Source of the DNA: a virus
Taxonomy: Duplodnaviria > Caudoviricetes
IMG/VR virus record: IMGVR_UViG_3300032331_000843
Location: 1-60,494 of that record
Length of the DNA stretch: 60,494 bases
Reading direction: 5' to 3' (one strand)
Below the pieces are notes generated by a model. The model was not told the DNA's origin. It saw only the letters and a program-made list of their open reading frames with translations, and ran no database searches. Positions 46,578 to 56,205 of this stretch are shown here, one piece after another; positions within the stretch are counted from its first letter, which is position 1; each line of letters begins with the position of its first letter. The translations under genes were made by a program, and so were the position numbers.

Positions 46578-46897
46578 CAGACCATCTTCCCTTTAGTCTT
46601 GCCACGGACTTCGCATCCACTACCACGAACAGCACCGCCTTCTTTGCAATTCCAAGCCCGTAAAGACTTATTAATGCGTGAGTCTGGATCATTCGCTGTC
46701 TTAGCTGAAGTTAACTTCTTCTTCATGCCCTTCATGCGGGCGCAAAAAGAATCACGGCGTGAGCCACCCTCTGGTTGAGGACGCTTAAGCCCAGGTTTCC
46801 CTGGGTTAGCTGCATTGTAGGAAGCCCTGCCTTTGGCGTTTAAGCCTCCGGATTCAGACTTACCTTCTTTGCGAGTCCAAGCAGGTGACTTAGCCAT
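46577..46897 (-). CDS. Small basic late protein (DUF6321-like)
   Basis: GGLNAKGRASYN..RRDSFCARMKG..SLRAWNC. Confidence 0.75.
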   Translation of the reverse strand: MAKSPAWTRKEGKSESGGLNAKGRASYNAANPGKPGLKRPQPEGGSRRDSFCARMKGMKKKLTSAKTANDPDSRINKSLRAWNCKEGGAVRGSGCEVRGKTKGKMV

Positions 46898-47396
46898 AGT
46901 ACACGTTGGCAGAAGTTAGGTTGGTCATGTTTAAGTAGATGCCATTTTGAACAAGCACTCCTTCGCCTGGAATCAGGGCAAAATTACCAAACACATCTGT
47001 TGCGCCAATATCATAACTGGCAATCCATCGTGATGCGTATAATGCTGCCGTTCCACCTGCAATCGTTCCAGAGTTAATGTCTGTAACGGTAAAAGTGTCT
47101 GCGCCTGTGCGTGTAATTGAGTAGTTTCCGTTTGTGCCAGATGATCCACTAGCGGTAGCAAATGTAATACCAATTACGTCTCCAGTAACCAAACCGTGAG
47201 CTACCTTTGTAACGGTAATAACTGCAGCATTTCTTGCATACGTAGCAGAAACAGGTGCGGTAGTGGTGTCAAAAATATCCAGCGTACCTGCCGTAGCAGA
47301 GCCAACTGTAGAGACAGCTTTTAGTCTGTTTCGTCCTAAAACAACAAAACCAGAGTTGTTAAGATGCCCCGCTTTTACGTCATATTGCATTGCCAT
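46890..47396 (-). CDS. Virion protein with FCCH-like insert
   Basis: VAHGLVTGD..IPGEGVL. Confidence 0.7.
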   Translation of the reverse strand: MAMQYDVKAGHLNNSGFVVLGRNRLKAVSTVGSATAGTLDIFDTTTAPVSATYARNAAVITVTKVAHGLVTGDVIGITFATASGSSGTNGNYSITRTGADTFTVTDINSGTIAGGTAALYASRWIASYDIGATDVFGNFALIPGEGVLVQNGIYLNMTNLTSANVYYG

Positions 47397-47398
47397 AA

Positions 47399-47557
47399 TT
47401 ATTGCTCCTGTGGCTCCTCTGGAGCCTCTAGCCTATTTAATAACATCTTGTAGGCAGCAACTGTGGCTTGAGCCTGAATCAGAAAGGTTTGTGCCTTATT
47501 TGACTCTTGCTCAAGCGACTGAATTTCTGCTTCAAGAAACTCTTTAGTTATCTGCAT
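47399..47557 (-). CDS. 52-aa coiled-coil protein (absent from the ORF track)
   Basis: MQITKEFLEAEIQSLEQESNKAQTFLIQAQ...; TAATG coupling. Confidence 0.65.
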   Translation of the reverse strand: MQITKEFLEAEIQSLEQESNKAQTFLIQAQATVAAYKMLLNRLEAPEEPQEQ

Positions 47558-48159
47558 TAGCTGAAGGTAGAGTAAGCAGGTACGTAGTAAACAGTACCAC
47601 CAATCATTACCTTAATTACTTTAGCTACTGTTGTAACTGAAGTTGCAGTAGGAGCAATGGTAGCAGCTGGGGCAGTTTCAATGTTCATAAACAAAGGAAT
47701 CTCACCAGTGTTTGTGCCACTGTCAGTCACACGAATAAACGAGGCTGTTGCTGGCAAAGTTGCATTAACTGTGTAGGCGGTGTCCAGCTGAATAACAGCC
47801 AATGTGCCACCTGGAGTAGCGTCTGATCCACCTAAAGTAGCACGGATTGCGTTAGCTGCGCCAGAAATAGTGGCTGATGCGCCGTCAACACTTAAAGAAA
47901 TGTGAGCGCCGTTGATTGTGCCAGCAGTAGCTGCGCCTGTACCTGTAACAACAGAGAAAGCACGGATAGTTTCACCAGAGCCTGTTGAGGTAAATGTTAG
48001 CTTGTTGTAGCTAAGACGTGTATCGCCAGTGGCGGCAGATGTCGTAGCGTAAGATTCAGAAATGTTGTCAGCAGTAGTTACTACGATTGGGTCTGTAGCT
48101 GTGCCACCAATAAAACCGTTTAATGATTTGACTGGGCCGCTAAATGTGGTTAATGACAT
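47557..48159 (-). CDS. Capsid fibre/decoration protein (start 48159)
   Basis: MSLTTFSGPVKSLNGF; AAGGA RBS. Confidence 0.7.
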   Translation of the reverse strand: MSLTTFSGPVKSLNGFIGGTATDPIVVTTADNISESYATTSAATGDTRLSYNKLTFTSTGSGETIRAFSVVTGTGAATAGTINGAHISLSVDGASATISGAANAIRATLGGSDATPGGTLAVIQLDTAYTVNATLPATASFIRVTDSGTNTGEIPLFMNIETAPAATIAPTATSVTTVAKVIKVMIGGTVYYVPAYSTFS

Positions 48160-48171
48160 AATAAATTTTCC

Positions 48172-48246
48172 TTCATACAAAGTTAAGCTTATTAGTCTTG
48201 TATGCGTCTGCCGGGGCAGTCTAATAAGCCGGTTCACCCGGTTTCA
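48172..48246 (-). ncRNA. Structured RNA downstream of the capsid gene (candidate Mu-gpT-DE motif)
   Basis: GCUUAUUAG/CUAAUAAGC stem, inner CUGC/GCAG hairpin, two possible pseudoknots. Confidence 0.6.
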
Positions 48247-48278
48247 GTAATATTACTCTATTTGTAAAAATATGCAAC

Positions 48279-48308
48279 AAAAAAGGGAGCCGAAGCCCCC
48301 TCTTTTTT
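48279..48308 (-). terminator. Intrinsic terminator after the major capsid gene
   Basis: AGGGGGC-UUCG-GCUCCCU followed by a U-run. Confidence 0.85.
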
Positions 48309-48320
48309 ACACTCGGCGTA

Positions 48321-49229
48321 TTAAGCGCCTTGTGAACCGAACATACCCAATGGATCTGACCAGCCGAATGAATAACGCTCACGAGACTTGTAACGAACGT
48401 TACCAGTATCGAAGTCGCCGTCCATGCTGTTCTGCAACGGAGTACGCACAAAGTGCTTAAGACCGTTAGGAACATCAGTAGTCAAGAACCAGCCGTTTGG
48501 ATCAGTCAAGAAGTTATTGATTGTGTAACCTTCAGCTACAGAACCATTGTTCTTAATTGCGTTGATGTCGTTATCAGCAGTACCAACACGCAATTCAGTT
48601 TCTAGCAAGCGAGTTGCAACGAACTGTAGTGCAGGTGGAACAACCAATTTCTTAGGTTTAGCAGCAATCAAAAGACCACGCTCATCTGTCCAAGCAGCGA
48701 TTTGAATAACAGCATTTTCCAATGAAGTTTCGTTCAAGTCAGCTTGAGTAGATGGAGTGTTGCTGTTAACACCACCAGAAACTAGTGGGTGCTGGGTAGA
48801 GAACAATGTCTGACCGTCACCACCAGTATAACCAGCTGTGAAGCCGTTATTTAACACGTTAGCAGCTTTAACTTGCTTTGTGTAAGCCATTGAACGAGCC
48901 AATGCCTTAGTGTAGCGAGCTGATAATGAGTCATACAAGTTATCTTCAATAGCTTCTTCAGTTAAGCTGAAGCCTTGAGCGATAGTCTCGTGGTTGTAAC
49001 GTGCAGTCCATGCTTCTTGACCATTGTCATAAGCAATTGCTGAACCTTCGTTTTTAACTGGAGCAGCTGAGAAACCTGACAACTTTGTTTCCTCTTCAAA
49101 GCTACGCTCTGAAGTTTCTGTTTCGTAGATTTCTTTATGTTGCTCACCATAACGAGCGTACTCTAATCCGAACAATGCGTTCAAACCGGGTAATAGCTCT
49201 TTTAAGAGTTGGGCGCGTGAAATAGCCAT
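48321..49229 (-). CDS. Major capsid protein (Mu-gpT-like, HK97 fold)
   Basis: MAISRAQLLKELLPGLNALFG; KKLVVPPAL; RERYSFGWSD. Confidence 0.9.
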   Translation of the reverse strand: MAISRAQLLKELLPGLNALFGLEYARYGEQHKEIYETETSERSFEEETKLSGFSAAPVKNEGSAIAYDNGQEAWTARYNHETIAQGFSLTEEAIEDNLYDSLSARYTKALARSMAYTKQVKAANVLNNGFTAGYTGGDGQTLFSTQHPLVSGGVNSNTPSTQADLNETSLENAVIQIAAWTDERGLLIAAKPKKLVVPPALQFVATRLLETELRVGTADNDINAIKNNGSVAEGYTINNFLTDPNGWFLTTDVPNGLKHFVRTPLQNSMDGDFDTGNVRYKSRERYSFGWSDPLGMFGSQGA

Positions 49230-49242
49230 TTAATTTCTCCTA

Positions 49243-49833
49243 TTAAGCTACGGCATTGCCGAGAGCTGTGTTGTATTGATGCAAGTTAATCTTAACGATT
49301 ACTTCGCAGAAAGTTGTAGCAGTCACGGCTGTGTCTGGAACAACATCAATAACACGGATTGGGAAAGTTGCATCAGCAGCTGGACTTGTGTTCAAAATAG
49401 ATTGAGCTGAGTCACCTGTTGTTGCAGACGGTGTGTTAACCAAGGCAGTTACGTTAGTACCGATAGCTGCACGAGTAACAGTAGAGATAGCACCACCAGA
49501 GGTAGTAACCGCTACTTTAAACGCAGCCATAGGATCGTCAACTACATAAGCTACAGCGTTAGTAACGCTAGAACCTGGGTAGTATTGAGCCTGAACTGTT
49601 TGGCCTGATGAGTTTGTATATTGGCAACCTACTAGAACGCCTAGCTTAGCGCCAGATGTCAATGAAGTTGCTGTGCCTACTACTCCACCTACGTCTAATT
49701 CAACTAAATCACCGTTGTAAATCGCAGCTGCCTGAGTAACAGACAGTTGACGAATAGCGCCAGCATAAGGCATGCCGTCTACACGATTGATCGGTTGAAA
49801 ACCGTAGGGTTTGCTAATGGTTGGATATGCCAT
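49243..49833 (-). CDS. Capsid cement/decoration protein
   Basis: PYGFQP..IYNGDLV..VVDDP; immediately before the MCP. Confidence 0.7.
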   Translation of the reverse strand: MAYPTISKPYGFQPINRVDGMPYAGAIRQLSVTQAAAIYNGDLVELDVGGVVGTATSLTSGAKLGVLVGCQYTNSSGQTVQAQYYPGSSVTNAVAYVVDDPMAAFKVAVTTSGGAISTVTRAAIGTNVTALVNTPSATTGDSAQSILNTSPAADATFPIRVIDVVPDTAVTATTFCEVIVKINLHQYNTALGNAVA

Positions 49834-49862
49834 TTAAAACTCCTAATTAAAAATTAATAAAA

Positions 49863-50315
49863 TTATTTACCCTTGCCAAATGATACGGTTGACTTACGTT
49901 CATTGAACAAAGGCATACGTGCATCACTTTGCTTCATAAGACTATTATCAATTGCTTGAGTCTGAGCTTCTGTTTGCTGGGCATAATGTGTATTACGCTG
50001 TTCAACAAACTCACTCGGAGTCTTGCACAATAATAATCCGCCAATCTCAATGCTGTCTTTAAAACGGCTATTGGGATCCACCAACAATTGAAACTTTGGC
50101 TGCTCTTCTACTGAAACTGGCTCCCAGCCTTCTCTCATCTTTGCAGATAAGTTACGCGGGTCAGCGTTATTCAACGTAGAAACACGAATCCAGCGATATG
50201 CAAATCCTGGCTGCTTGTCGGGTTCGGGCAACAATTCAGCTGGCATCCACTGTTTAGGACGCTCAGTTGTAGCGCGGGTTTGAATCTCTCTTTGTACTCG
50301 GTTTGATGCAGTCAT
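49863..50315 (-). CDS. Head morphogenesis-region protein (start 50315)
   Basis: YRWIR..REGWEPV..GGLLLCK. Confidence 0.75.
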   Translation of the reverse strand: MTASNRVQREIQTRATTERPKQWMPAELLPEPDKQPGFAYRWIRVSTLNNADPRNLSAKMREGWEPVSVEEQPKFQLLVDPNSRFKDSIEIGGLLLCKTPSEFVEQRNTHYAQQTEAQTQAIDNSLMKQSDARMPLFNERKSTVSFGKGK

Positions 50316-50316
50316 A

Positions 50317-51276
50317 TTAAGCTCCTGTCTTCGCAAATTCCGCAGCATATTGCTCCGGAGTTAATCCTAATTTCTTGGCCAGCTGTACTTGTGACGCTTT
50401 TAGCTTAATCTTTTTCGAAGATGTGCTACGTGTCGCAGGTGCTACCACATTACTAGGTTTGTTTACTCGTTGTGTTGTTTCCTGTTGTTCCTCGGCGCCG
50501 AAGTTCTCTGGGAAACGTTTACGCATTGTCGCGTCAATACGTTTGTAATACTCATCAGTCGTAGCATAAGCCATTCCGTTCTCTTTGACTAGCTTTTCGT
50601 GCAGTCCTAGAGCAAGACTCGTCATCTCTTCATCCTGACCAAACCATGTATTATTTTCTTGCCATGATCTAGCTTTAGTGTCGGGCTGTGGCCTTTGCTG
50701 TGCTGTTTGTGGGATTTTGACATCAAATTCTTCTTCTTGTAAAGCTTTTTGTGGAACAAAGCTGTTTACTCGTTGAAGTTTTAGCTTAGCATCAGTCATT
50801 TTTTCCTGAGCTTCTAGCAATTTATCTGTGTCACCAGAGTCATAGGCCTCTTTATATTCCTTGCGGGCCATCTCTAATTCACGGTCAGCAGTCTCTTTAA
50901 AGGAGCTGACCAACGCCTCATCACCAGCAGATAAGCGTGACTTAAGCTTTTTGTTTTCCTCAAGAATCTTTTGAGCCAAGGTAACGGCTTCTTGCTGTTC
51001 ACGTTCCGCAGCTTCTGCACGGCGACGCTCATCGTTCCATACCTTCTTAAACTCATTAATCTTCTTTTTGGCAGCCTCTGAGTATTCATCTAGCTCATCT
51101 GTTTCAAGCTTTTTTACAAACTCAGGCTCTGAAGGCTTACGTCCACGGTCTTCTTGCGGTGTGTCGTCTTCAATTTCTATCTCAAGCTTGCCTTCATCTT
51201 CGGCATCTTGATTAATCTGATCAACTGTCTTCCCTTCATCTACCTCGTCAGGGAACTTAAATTCTTCTTTATCCAT
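50317..51276 (-). CDS. Scaffolding protein (putative)
   Basis: Acidic coiled coil; WQENNTWFG; AKKLGLTPEQYA. Confidence 0.7.
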   Translation of the reverse strand: MDKEEFKFPDEVDEGKTVDQINQDAEDEGKLEIEIEDDTPQEDRGRKPSEPEFVKKLETDELDEYSEAAKKKINEFKKVWNDERRRAEAAEREQQEAVTLAQKILEENKKLKSRLSAGDEALVSSFKETADRELEMARKEYKEAYDSGDTDKLLEAQEKMTDAKLKLQRVNSFVPQKALQEEEFDVKIPQTAQQRPQPDTKARSWQENNTWFGQDEEMTSLALGLHEKLVKENGMAYATTDEYYKRIDATMRKRFPENFGAEEQQETTQRVNKPSNVVAPATRSTSSKKIKLKASQVQLAKKLGLTPEQYAAEFAKTGA

Positions 51277-51287
51277 CGTAATACTCC

Positions 51288-51692
51288 TTATTTACGTTTA
51301 ATTCCGCGCGGATCGTCCACTACGGCTTCAACGTTGTCATCGTTAATGATTCTAAATTCGCGGCCATGAATTACCAGACGTGAACCAGAGTTTGGTCTTA
51401 CTAAAATAAAATCACCCTTTTTGCACCATGCGCCATTAGGAAAACGAGCTTTATCCTGATAGCAATCCGAACCCATATCTACTACGAATAGAACTGTGGT
51501 TAAGACTTCTTCGTGGTGAATCGTTGTGTCAGCTTTAATAATCCCGCTGTCGTACTCTTTTTCAACTTCTGGGATGGCGCAAAGAATGCGGTAGCCAGAT
51601 GGTTTTGGGAGTTGTGTTGCCTTTTCTTCGTTTGATTTATCCATAAGCGCTGATAGATCTACCGCCTTGTTTAAATCTACTTGGTTACTCAT
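51288..51692 (-). CDS. groES: GroES/Cpn10-like co-chaperonin
   Basis: PSGYRIL..SGII..WCKKGDFI..RIINDDNVEAVV. Confidence 0.85.
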   Translation of the reverse strand: MSNQVDLNKAVDLSALMDKSNEEKATQLPKPSGYRILCAIPEVEKEYDSGIIKADTTIHHEEVLTTVLFVVDMGSDCYQDKARFPNGAWCKKGDFILVRPNSGSRLVIHGREFRIINDDNVEAVVDDPRGIKRK

Positions 51693-51876
51693 CGTCAGAG
51701 TTCTCCATTTTTTGTTTAAGGTCTAATATGTATCCCCTAGCGGTCAGCAGACCCTTAATCTCACCGCAGGTTGCTTTATAAGCCTCGAACGTATCGGCAC
51801 GCCCGCTTCCTATAAATTCTTGTAACTGCTTAATTTTGTTGTCCACTTCGTTTATTAGGACTTCAAAAGCTGTCAT
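51685..51876 (-). CDS. Hypothetical protein after the portal
   Basis: YKATCGEIKGL. Confidence 0.7.
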   Translation of the reverse strand: MTAFEVLINEVDNKIKQLQEFIGSGRADTFEAYKATCGEIKGLLTARGYILDLKQKMENSDDE

Positions 51877-54359
51877 TGTTTATTACCTTTCTTCGTAGCG
51901 TTAATGGCGGTTTTAATGCCATCAGCCTCTTGTTGGTCTCTATGCTTTTTCATATCCAGCTGTAGCTTGGCTTTTGATTTAGCAATTTCTGACCCTACTT
52001 TTGCGCCTTCAGCTTCTAGTTTTTCGCCTTCTAGTTGCTTTTTAACCATCAACGCTTGAGTGGCTTGGCGTTCTTGAGCGGCAATTCTCTCCCTCTCAAT
52101 TTGTTGCTGAGAAGCTTTAAGTTGAGCATCCGTCTGATCCTTAACTTGTTTACGTTGTACGTCAGCTTCCTTAATTGCAAGTTCTTTCTGCTGCATCTGG
52201 ATAATCGGATCCTGTTGCTGCTCTTGAGCTTGCTGTTGTGCGGCCTGTGCTTTATTGGCCTCTAATACCTGTTGAGAAGCTTGCGCTACTAAACGAGATA
52301 TCTGTACTTCGTACTCTTCTGGCATCTCTTCATTTGGCTTAGGCAATGGAGCGCCCATTTGCTGTTCAACCATGAGACGATACTTAAAGCCAAAGTGTTC
52401 AGCAATATGCGCGTGCATCGCTGCTGTAATCTGGCTTGCATTTGGATTCTGACCAATAATGGCCGCTGTTTGTGGGTCTTGCAAGAATGTTTGATGCGCC
52501 GTAATGTGGGCATCTTGATCCTGATACAGGAACGCCTTGACTGGCTGGCTATTCAATATATCCATATTCTCAGAAATAGGATCTTTTGGTTTCTGGTCTT
52601 CTTTAAGAGCCACCAACTTAGCCGCGTTCTTAACACCTAAAACATCTAACATCTGGCGGTGCAGTTGAGCCATGTCGTATAGCTGTGGTGCGCTTTGTGC
52701 CAATTGCAATACGGCCTGATACTGAACAATCTTCTGAGCCATCGTTGCTGCATTTGGGTCAGAGACTGGGATAACTGAAACCAAGTCATAGTCAGACTGC
52801 TTAGCAAAACGGTCACCTTCTACTGGTTCGTAGTTGTATTCTTCTGGCGTGTAATCACGGATGATTTCTTTAAGAAGTTTTAACTCTTGCTTCATTGAAT
52901 AGTGGACGCGCGCTTGAACAGCAGACATCACCTTCAACGTTCTTTCCAAGATAGCCAATGTTGTACCGACAGGAGCTTGTGAACTCATGTCGCTAATCTT
53001 CATGTCGGCAGCAGATGCAAAGCGACGACCTTCTTCAACAATAGTACCTAGCAAGCTGTACAAAACTTGGCTTGGTTCTTTATATGGAAGAGTCATTACG
53101 TTATCTTTGATAACGCCACTTGGTACGTCTACGTCACGGAACTCTCCTGGAGAAATAGGAGTGTCATCACCTTTGATTCTTAAGCCACGGGCTTTAAAGC
53201 CACCTGGCAAGTTAGACAATGTGCCAGCGTCAACAAGCTGACGAATGATAGAGGTACCAGACTTAGCAAAAGCGCCAACTAAATGAATCAAACCAAAACA
53301 GTAGAAACCGAATCCAGGTACGTATCCATAATGTACAAAGTGGTTACGCTTCTGTTTTGTTTCGTCTTCTGGGCGCCAGTTGCGGCGGATTGAAAGAATG
53401 GTTTGTGTACCCTTTTCAACCGTAACAACATAAGGTAATGCAATGCCATCTTCTTCTTCATAGCCTGGCAAATCTAAGTCAACGTGCATTTCCAATAACT
53501 TATAACGGTCATCAGATGTAGCGCTGAAGCCCATCTTTTCTGCAATCTTCTTCTCCACATCATCCAAAGAACCATCTGGAGTTGCAAGGTCAACATCTCT
53601 ATAGAAACCTGAAGCCTGTAAGCGTCTAACTTCATTCTCAGTCTTGCGCATGATATGAGTCACGCGTGGTGAAGACTCTAGGTTTGATGCGCCGTAAGGA
53701 ACAACCAAGTCTTCAGCTGGAATAAACACAGATACCTGACGATTTAGACCTGGGTCAAAATATACCTTCTTAAAGGCGTTACCAGATAAACCAAGTCCCC
53801 AGCACATACGCTCATGTTCAGGGCGATACTCAACCATCACATCAGTAATCTGATAGTTCATGTCATCTTGGACTCGAGCAGCCGCTTCTTTTTTCTCTTG
53901 AGTTTCTTTACCAATAATCTGCGTTTTTACTGGGCCAGATGCTGGTAACGTTTCCATCACAGTCTCGGCTTGGAACTTTACTAGAGCCTCTGATAGTAGT
54001 GGGTGGTAAACACCGCAAGCGCCTTCCCATGGTTCAGTGCGCTCTTCAATCTTCATACCTAACAACTCTAAGCCGTCAACGTATGTTTGAATCCAGTCTT
54101 TACGTGAGCTAACGTCTTCCTCAAACTCCCCAAGTAAATCCCCAGCTAACTCTGCCAATTCACCTTCAGACATATATTCAGCTAAGTTTGCTGAAAATTC
54201 TTCTTCGCTTTCTTCTTCTTTGCCAATCTCAATTTCAAGTCCATCAATGCCAATGCTGACTGATTCAGGATCCTCAATTTCAATTTCGATTTCTGGAACA
54301 TCTTCCACTAAATCCTCTATGCCTTGAGGGGCTTGATATAAACTTTTTTCGATAGCCAT
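51873..54359 (-). CDS. Portal protein (P22-like, with barrel)
   Basis: 828 aa after terL; GNAFKKVY; Q-rich coiled-coil tail. Confidence 0.88.
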   Translation of the reverse strand: MAIEKSLYQAPQGIEDLVEDVPEIEIEIEDPESVSIGIDGLEIEIGKEEESEEEFSANLAEYMSEGELAELAGDLLGEFEEDVSSRKDWIQTYVDGLELLGMKIEERTEPWEGACGVYHPLLSEALVKFQAETVMETLPASGPVKTQIIGKETQEKKEAAARVQDDMNYQITDVMVEYRPEHERMCWGLGLSGNAFKKVYFDPGLNRQVSVFIPAEDLVVPYGASNLESSPRVTHIMRKTENEVRRLQASGFYRDVDLATPDGSLDDVEKKIAEKMGFSATSDDRYKLLEMHVDLDLPGYEEEDGIALPYVVTVEKGTQTILSIRRNWRPEDETKQKRNHFVHYGYVPGFGFYCFGLIHLVGAFAKSGTSIIRQLVDAGTLSNLPGGFKARGLRIKGDDTPISPGEFRDVDVPSGVIKDNVMTLPYKEPSQVLYSLLGTIVEEGRRFASAADMKISDMSSQAPVGTTLAILERTLKVMSAVQARVHYSMKQELKLLKEIIRDYTPEEYNYEPVEGDRFAKQSDYDLVSVIPVSDPNAATMAQKIVQYQAVLQLAQSAPQLYDMAQLHRQMLDVLGVKNAAKLVALKEDQKPKDPISENMDILNSQPVKAFLYQDQDAHITAHQTFLQDPQTAAIIGQNPNASQITAAMHAHIAEHFGFKYRLMVEQQMGAPLPKPNEEMPEEYEVQISRLVAQASQQVLEANKAQAAQQQAQEQQQDPIIQMQQKELAIKEADVQRKQVKDQTDAQLKASQQQIERERIAAQERQATQALMVKKQLEGEKLEAEGAKVGSEIAKSKAKLQLDMKKHRDQQEADGIKTAINATKKGNKQ

Positions 54360-54367
54360 ATATATCC

Positions 54368-55861
54368 TTAATAGTATGCAGCTTTGCGTCTGAATGAGAC
54401 TATCTCATCCTTTTCGTCAGATTCTAACTTGATAAATCCACCTTTGCGGAACCTAATAAGCGCTTGCGTTGATGAGTCAACTAAGTCATCGTGATCAGAA
54501 TTTGGAAAAGCAGCCATTTCCTCTATCACTTCCTCAGCCCATCTTGTTCGCGGCGCCCACACTTTCCCCGAAGCGAATAAATCCGATACAGCGTTAATAC
54601 GAGCTATCTTATCATTGCCCCTTGTCGGTGTAAACTCTTGAACAGGTATTCCCATGTTTCTTAATTCAAATATAAGTGGCGCACCCGACGCCTTCGCTTC
54701 AACAATGAACGCATCTGGTTCATATTCCATGTAATGTTTATAGGCAACATCCTTTAACTCTGGAAATTCCATGCGTCTTTTAAAGGCGTCTAGCAAAATA
54801 ACGTTGGCATCATCAGGATTCTCATTTAAATAGAACACGCCCCATGTCGTACACGCAGAATAGTCCGACCTTTCGTTCTTAGTGAACGCCGTATCCCATG
54901 ATTGAATGACAAACTCGCATCTCGGCGGCTCCTCACCCTCCCACTCCTTCCACCACTCCCTCTTAACAATCGCCCCAGACTCAGAAGTAGGCTGTTGCAT
55001 GTACTGCGCGTTCCATTTACCGCTAGGAAGTTCGTTTCTTAGAGCCTCAAGTTCAACCAAAGGCCAGAATTCAGGCCAAAGCGGGTTTCCAGACGGCAAA
55101 ATTGCAGGAAAGTCGATAACTTCCCACTCTTCCCCGTCCCTTTCAACCACTCCTTGCAAAATCCTACCCGTTAAATCACGCTTTCCCCACCGCGTCATCA
55201 CCACAATGATAGAACCGCCTGGTTGCAAACGCTGACGTGGACCAGATGAGTACCATTCAAACACTTTATCGTACACAGACGGGTCAGTCGCAGCCAACGC
55301 CGCCTCTTGTTCTGAGTGCGGGTCATCAATAATCAGCAAATCCGCACCTTTACCAGTAACAGTACCGCCCACACCAATAGCAAAATACTCTCCACCCTCA
55401 TTAGTAGCCCATCGTCCCGCCGCCTTTGAGTCATGTCTTAGCGCCACATTAGGGAATATCTCCGCATACTGCTCACTGTCCAATAAGTTACGTACTTTCC
55501 TACCAAAACCTACAGCCAATTCAGCCGTATTCGAACACTGGATAATCTTTTTCTTGGGGAACTTTCCTAAAAACCAAGCTGGCAACATGTAACTCGCAAA
55601 CTCACTCTTCGTATGTCGCGGCGGCATATTAATAATCAGTCTCTTAATCTCTCCCTTTGCAACCCTCTCAAAAGCTTTTGCCATCACCTTATGATGTCGT
55701 CCATCAATAAACCCGGGCCACATAGCATGCGCAAACTTAATAAAATCTACTTGAGCTTTCTCTCTCTTTAAGGCGTGCTGGTACGCAGTCAACTCCTCCA
55801 TCAGAGATTCCTGCTCATGAACAGGTAACTGCTCAATAAACTCAATCAGCTTATCTGTCAT
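54368..55861 (-). CDS. terL: Terminase large subunit
   Basis: MPPRHTKS Walker A; LIIDD; SWDTA; HDDLVDS. Confidence 0.95.
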   Translation of the reverse strand: MTDKLIEFIEQLPVHEQESLMEELTAYQHALKREKAQVDFIKFAHAMWPGFIDGRHHKVMAKAFERVAKGEIKRLIINMPPRHTKSEFASYMLPAWFLGKFPKKKIIQCSNTAELAVGFGRKVRNLLDSEQYAEIFPNVALRHDSKAAGRWATNEGGEYFAIGVGGTVTGKGADLLIIDDPHSEQEAALAATDPSVYDKVFEWYSSGPRQRLQPGGSIIVVMTRWGKRDLTGRILQGVVERDGEEWEVIDFPAILPSGNPLWPEFWPLVELEALRNELPSGKWNAQYMQQPTSESGAIVKREWWKEWEGEEPPRCEFVIQSWDTAFTKNERSDYSACTTWGVFYLNENPDDANVILLDAFKRRMEFPELKDVAYKHYMEYEPDAFIVEAKASGAPLIFELRNMGIPVQEFTPTRGNDKIARINAVSDLFASGKVWAPRTRWAEEVIEEMAAFPNSDHDDLVDSSTQALIRFRKGGFIKLESDEKDEIVSFRRKAAYY

Positions 55862-55918
55862 ATTTATCTATATATTCTTTAACAACAAAATAAACAAAAG
55901 CCAAAACACAAATCAATG

Positions 55919-56143
55919 TCATTCTAAATTCCTAAACTTAATATATATAGGACGTACCGACCTCGCCCGATCAGGCAACCTCTTGCAAACTCCTAATTCA
56001 CATAACCTCTTCACTATCCTATGTACATTCCCCCTACCCCTGTCCCCAGTCATATACATAATATCGTCGATGGACGGCCCAAACCCATACCTAATCCACC
56101 ACTCATCAATAACTAAAAATATCTCTTTTTGCTTAGGCGTCAT
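55919..56143 (-). CDS. LexA-like DNA-binding domain protein (start 56143)
   Basis: MTPKQKEIF..GFGPSIDDI..VHRIVKRL..ARSVR. Confidence 0.75.
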   Translation of the reverse strand: MTPKQKEIFLVIDEWWIRYGFGPSIDDIMYMTGDRGRGNVHRIVKRLCELGVCKRLPDRARSVRPIYIKFRNLE

Positions 56144-56205
56144 CAGTCTTTCCAAACACTGGTCTTTAGAAGCGAATTTCTCAAAAAATATACCCCCCAC
56201 CCCTT

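Noticed and set aside
51288-51692. Phage GroES as a novelty
   Set aside because: Cpn10-like genes next to head genes are already known in phages.
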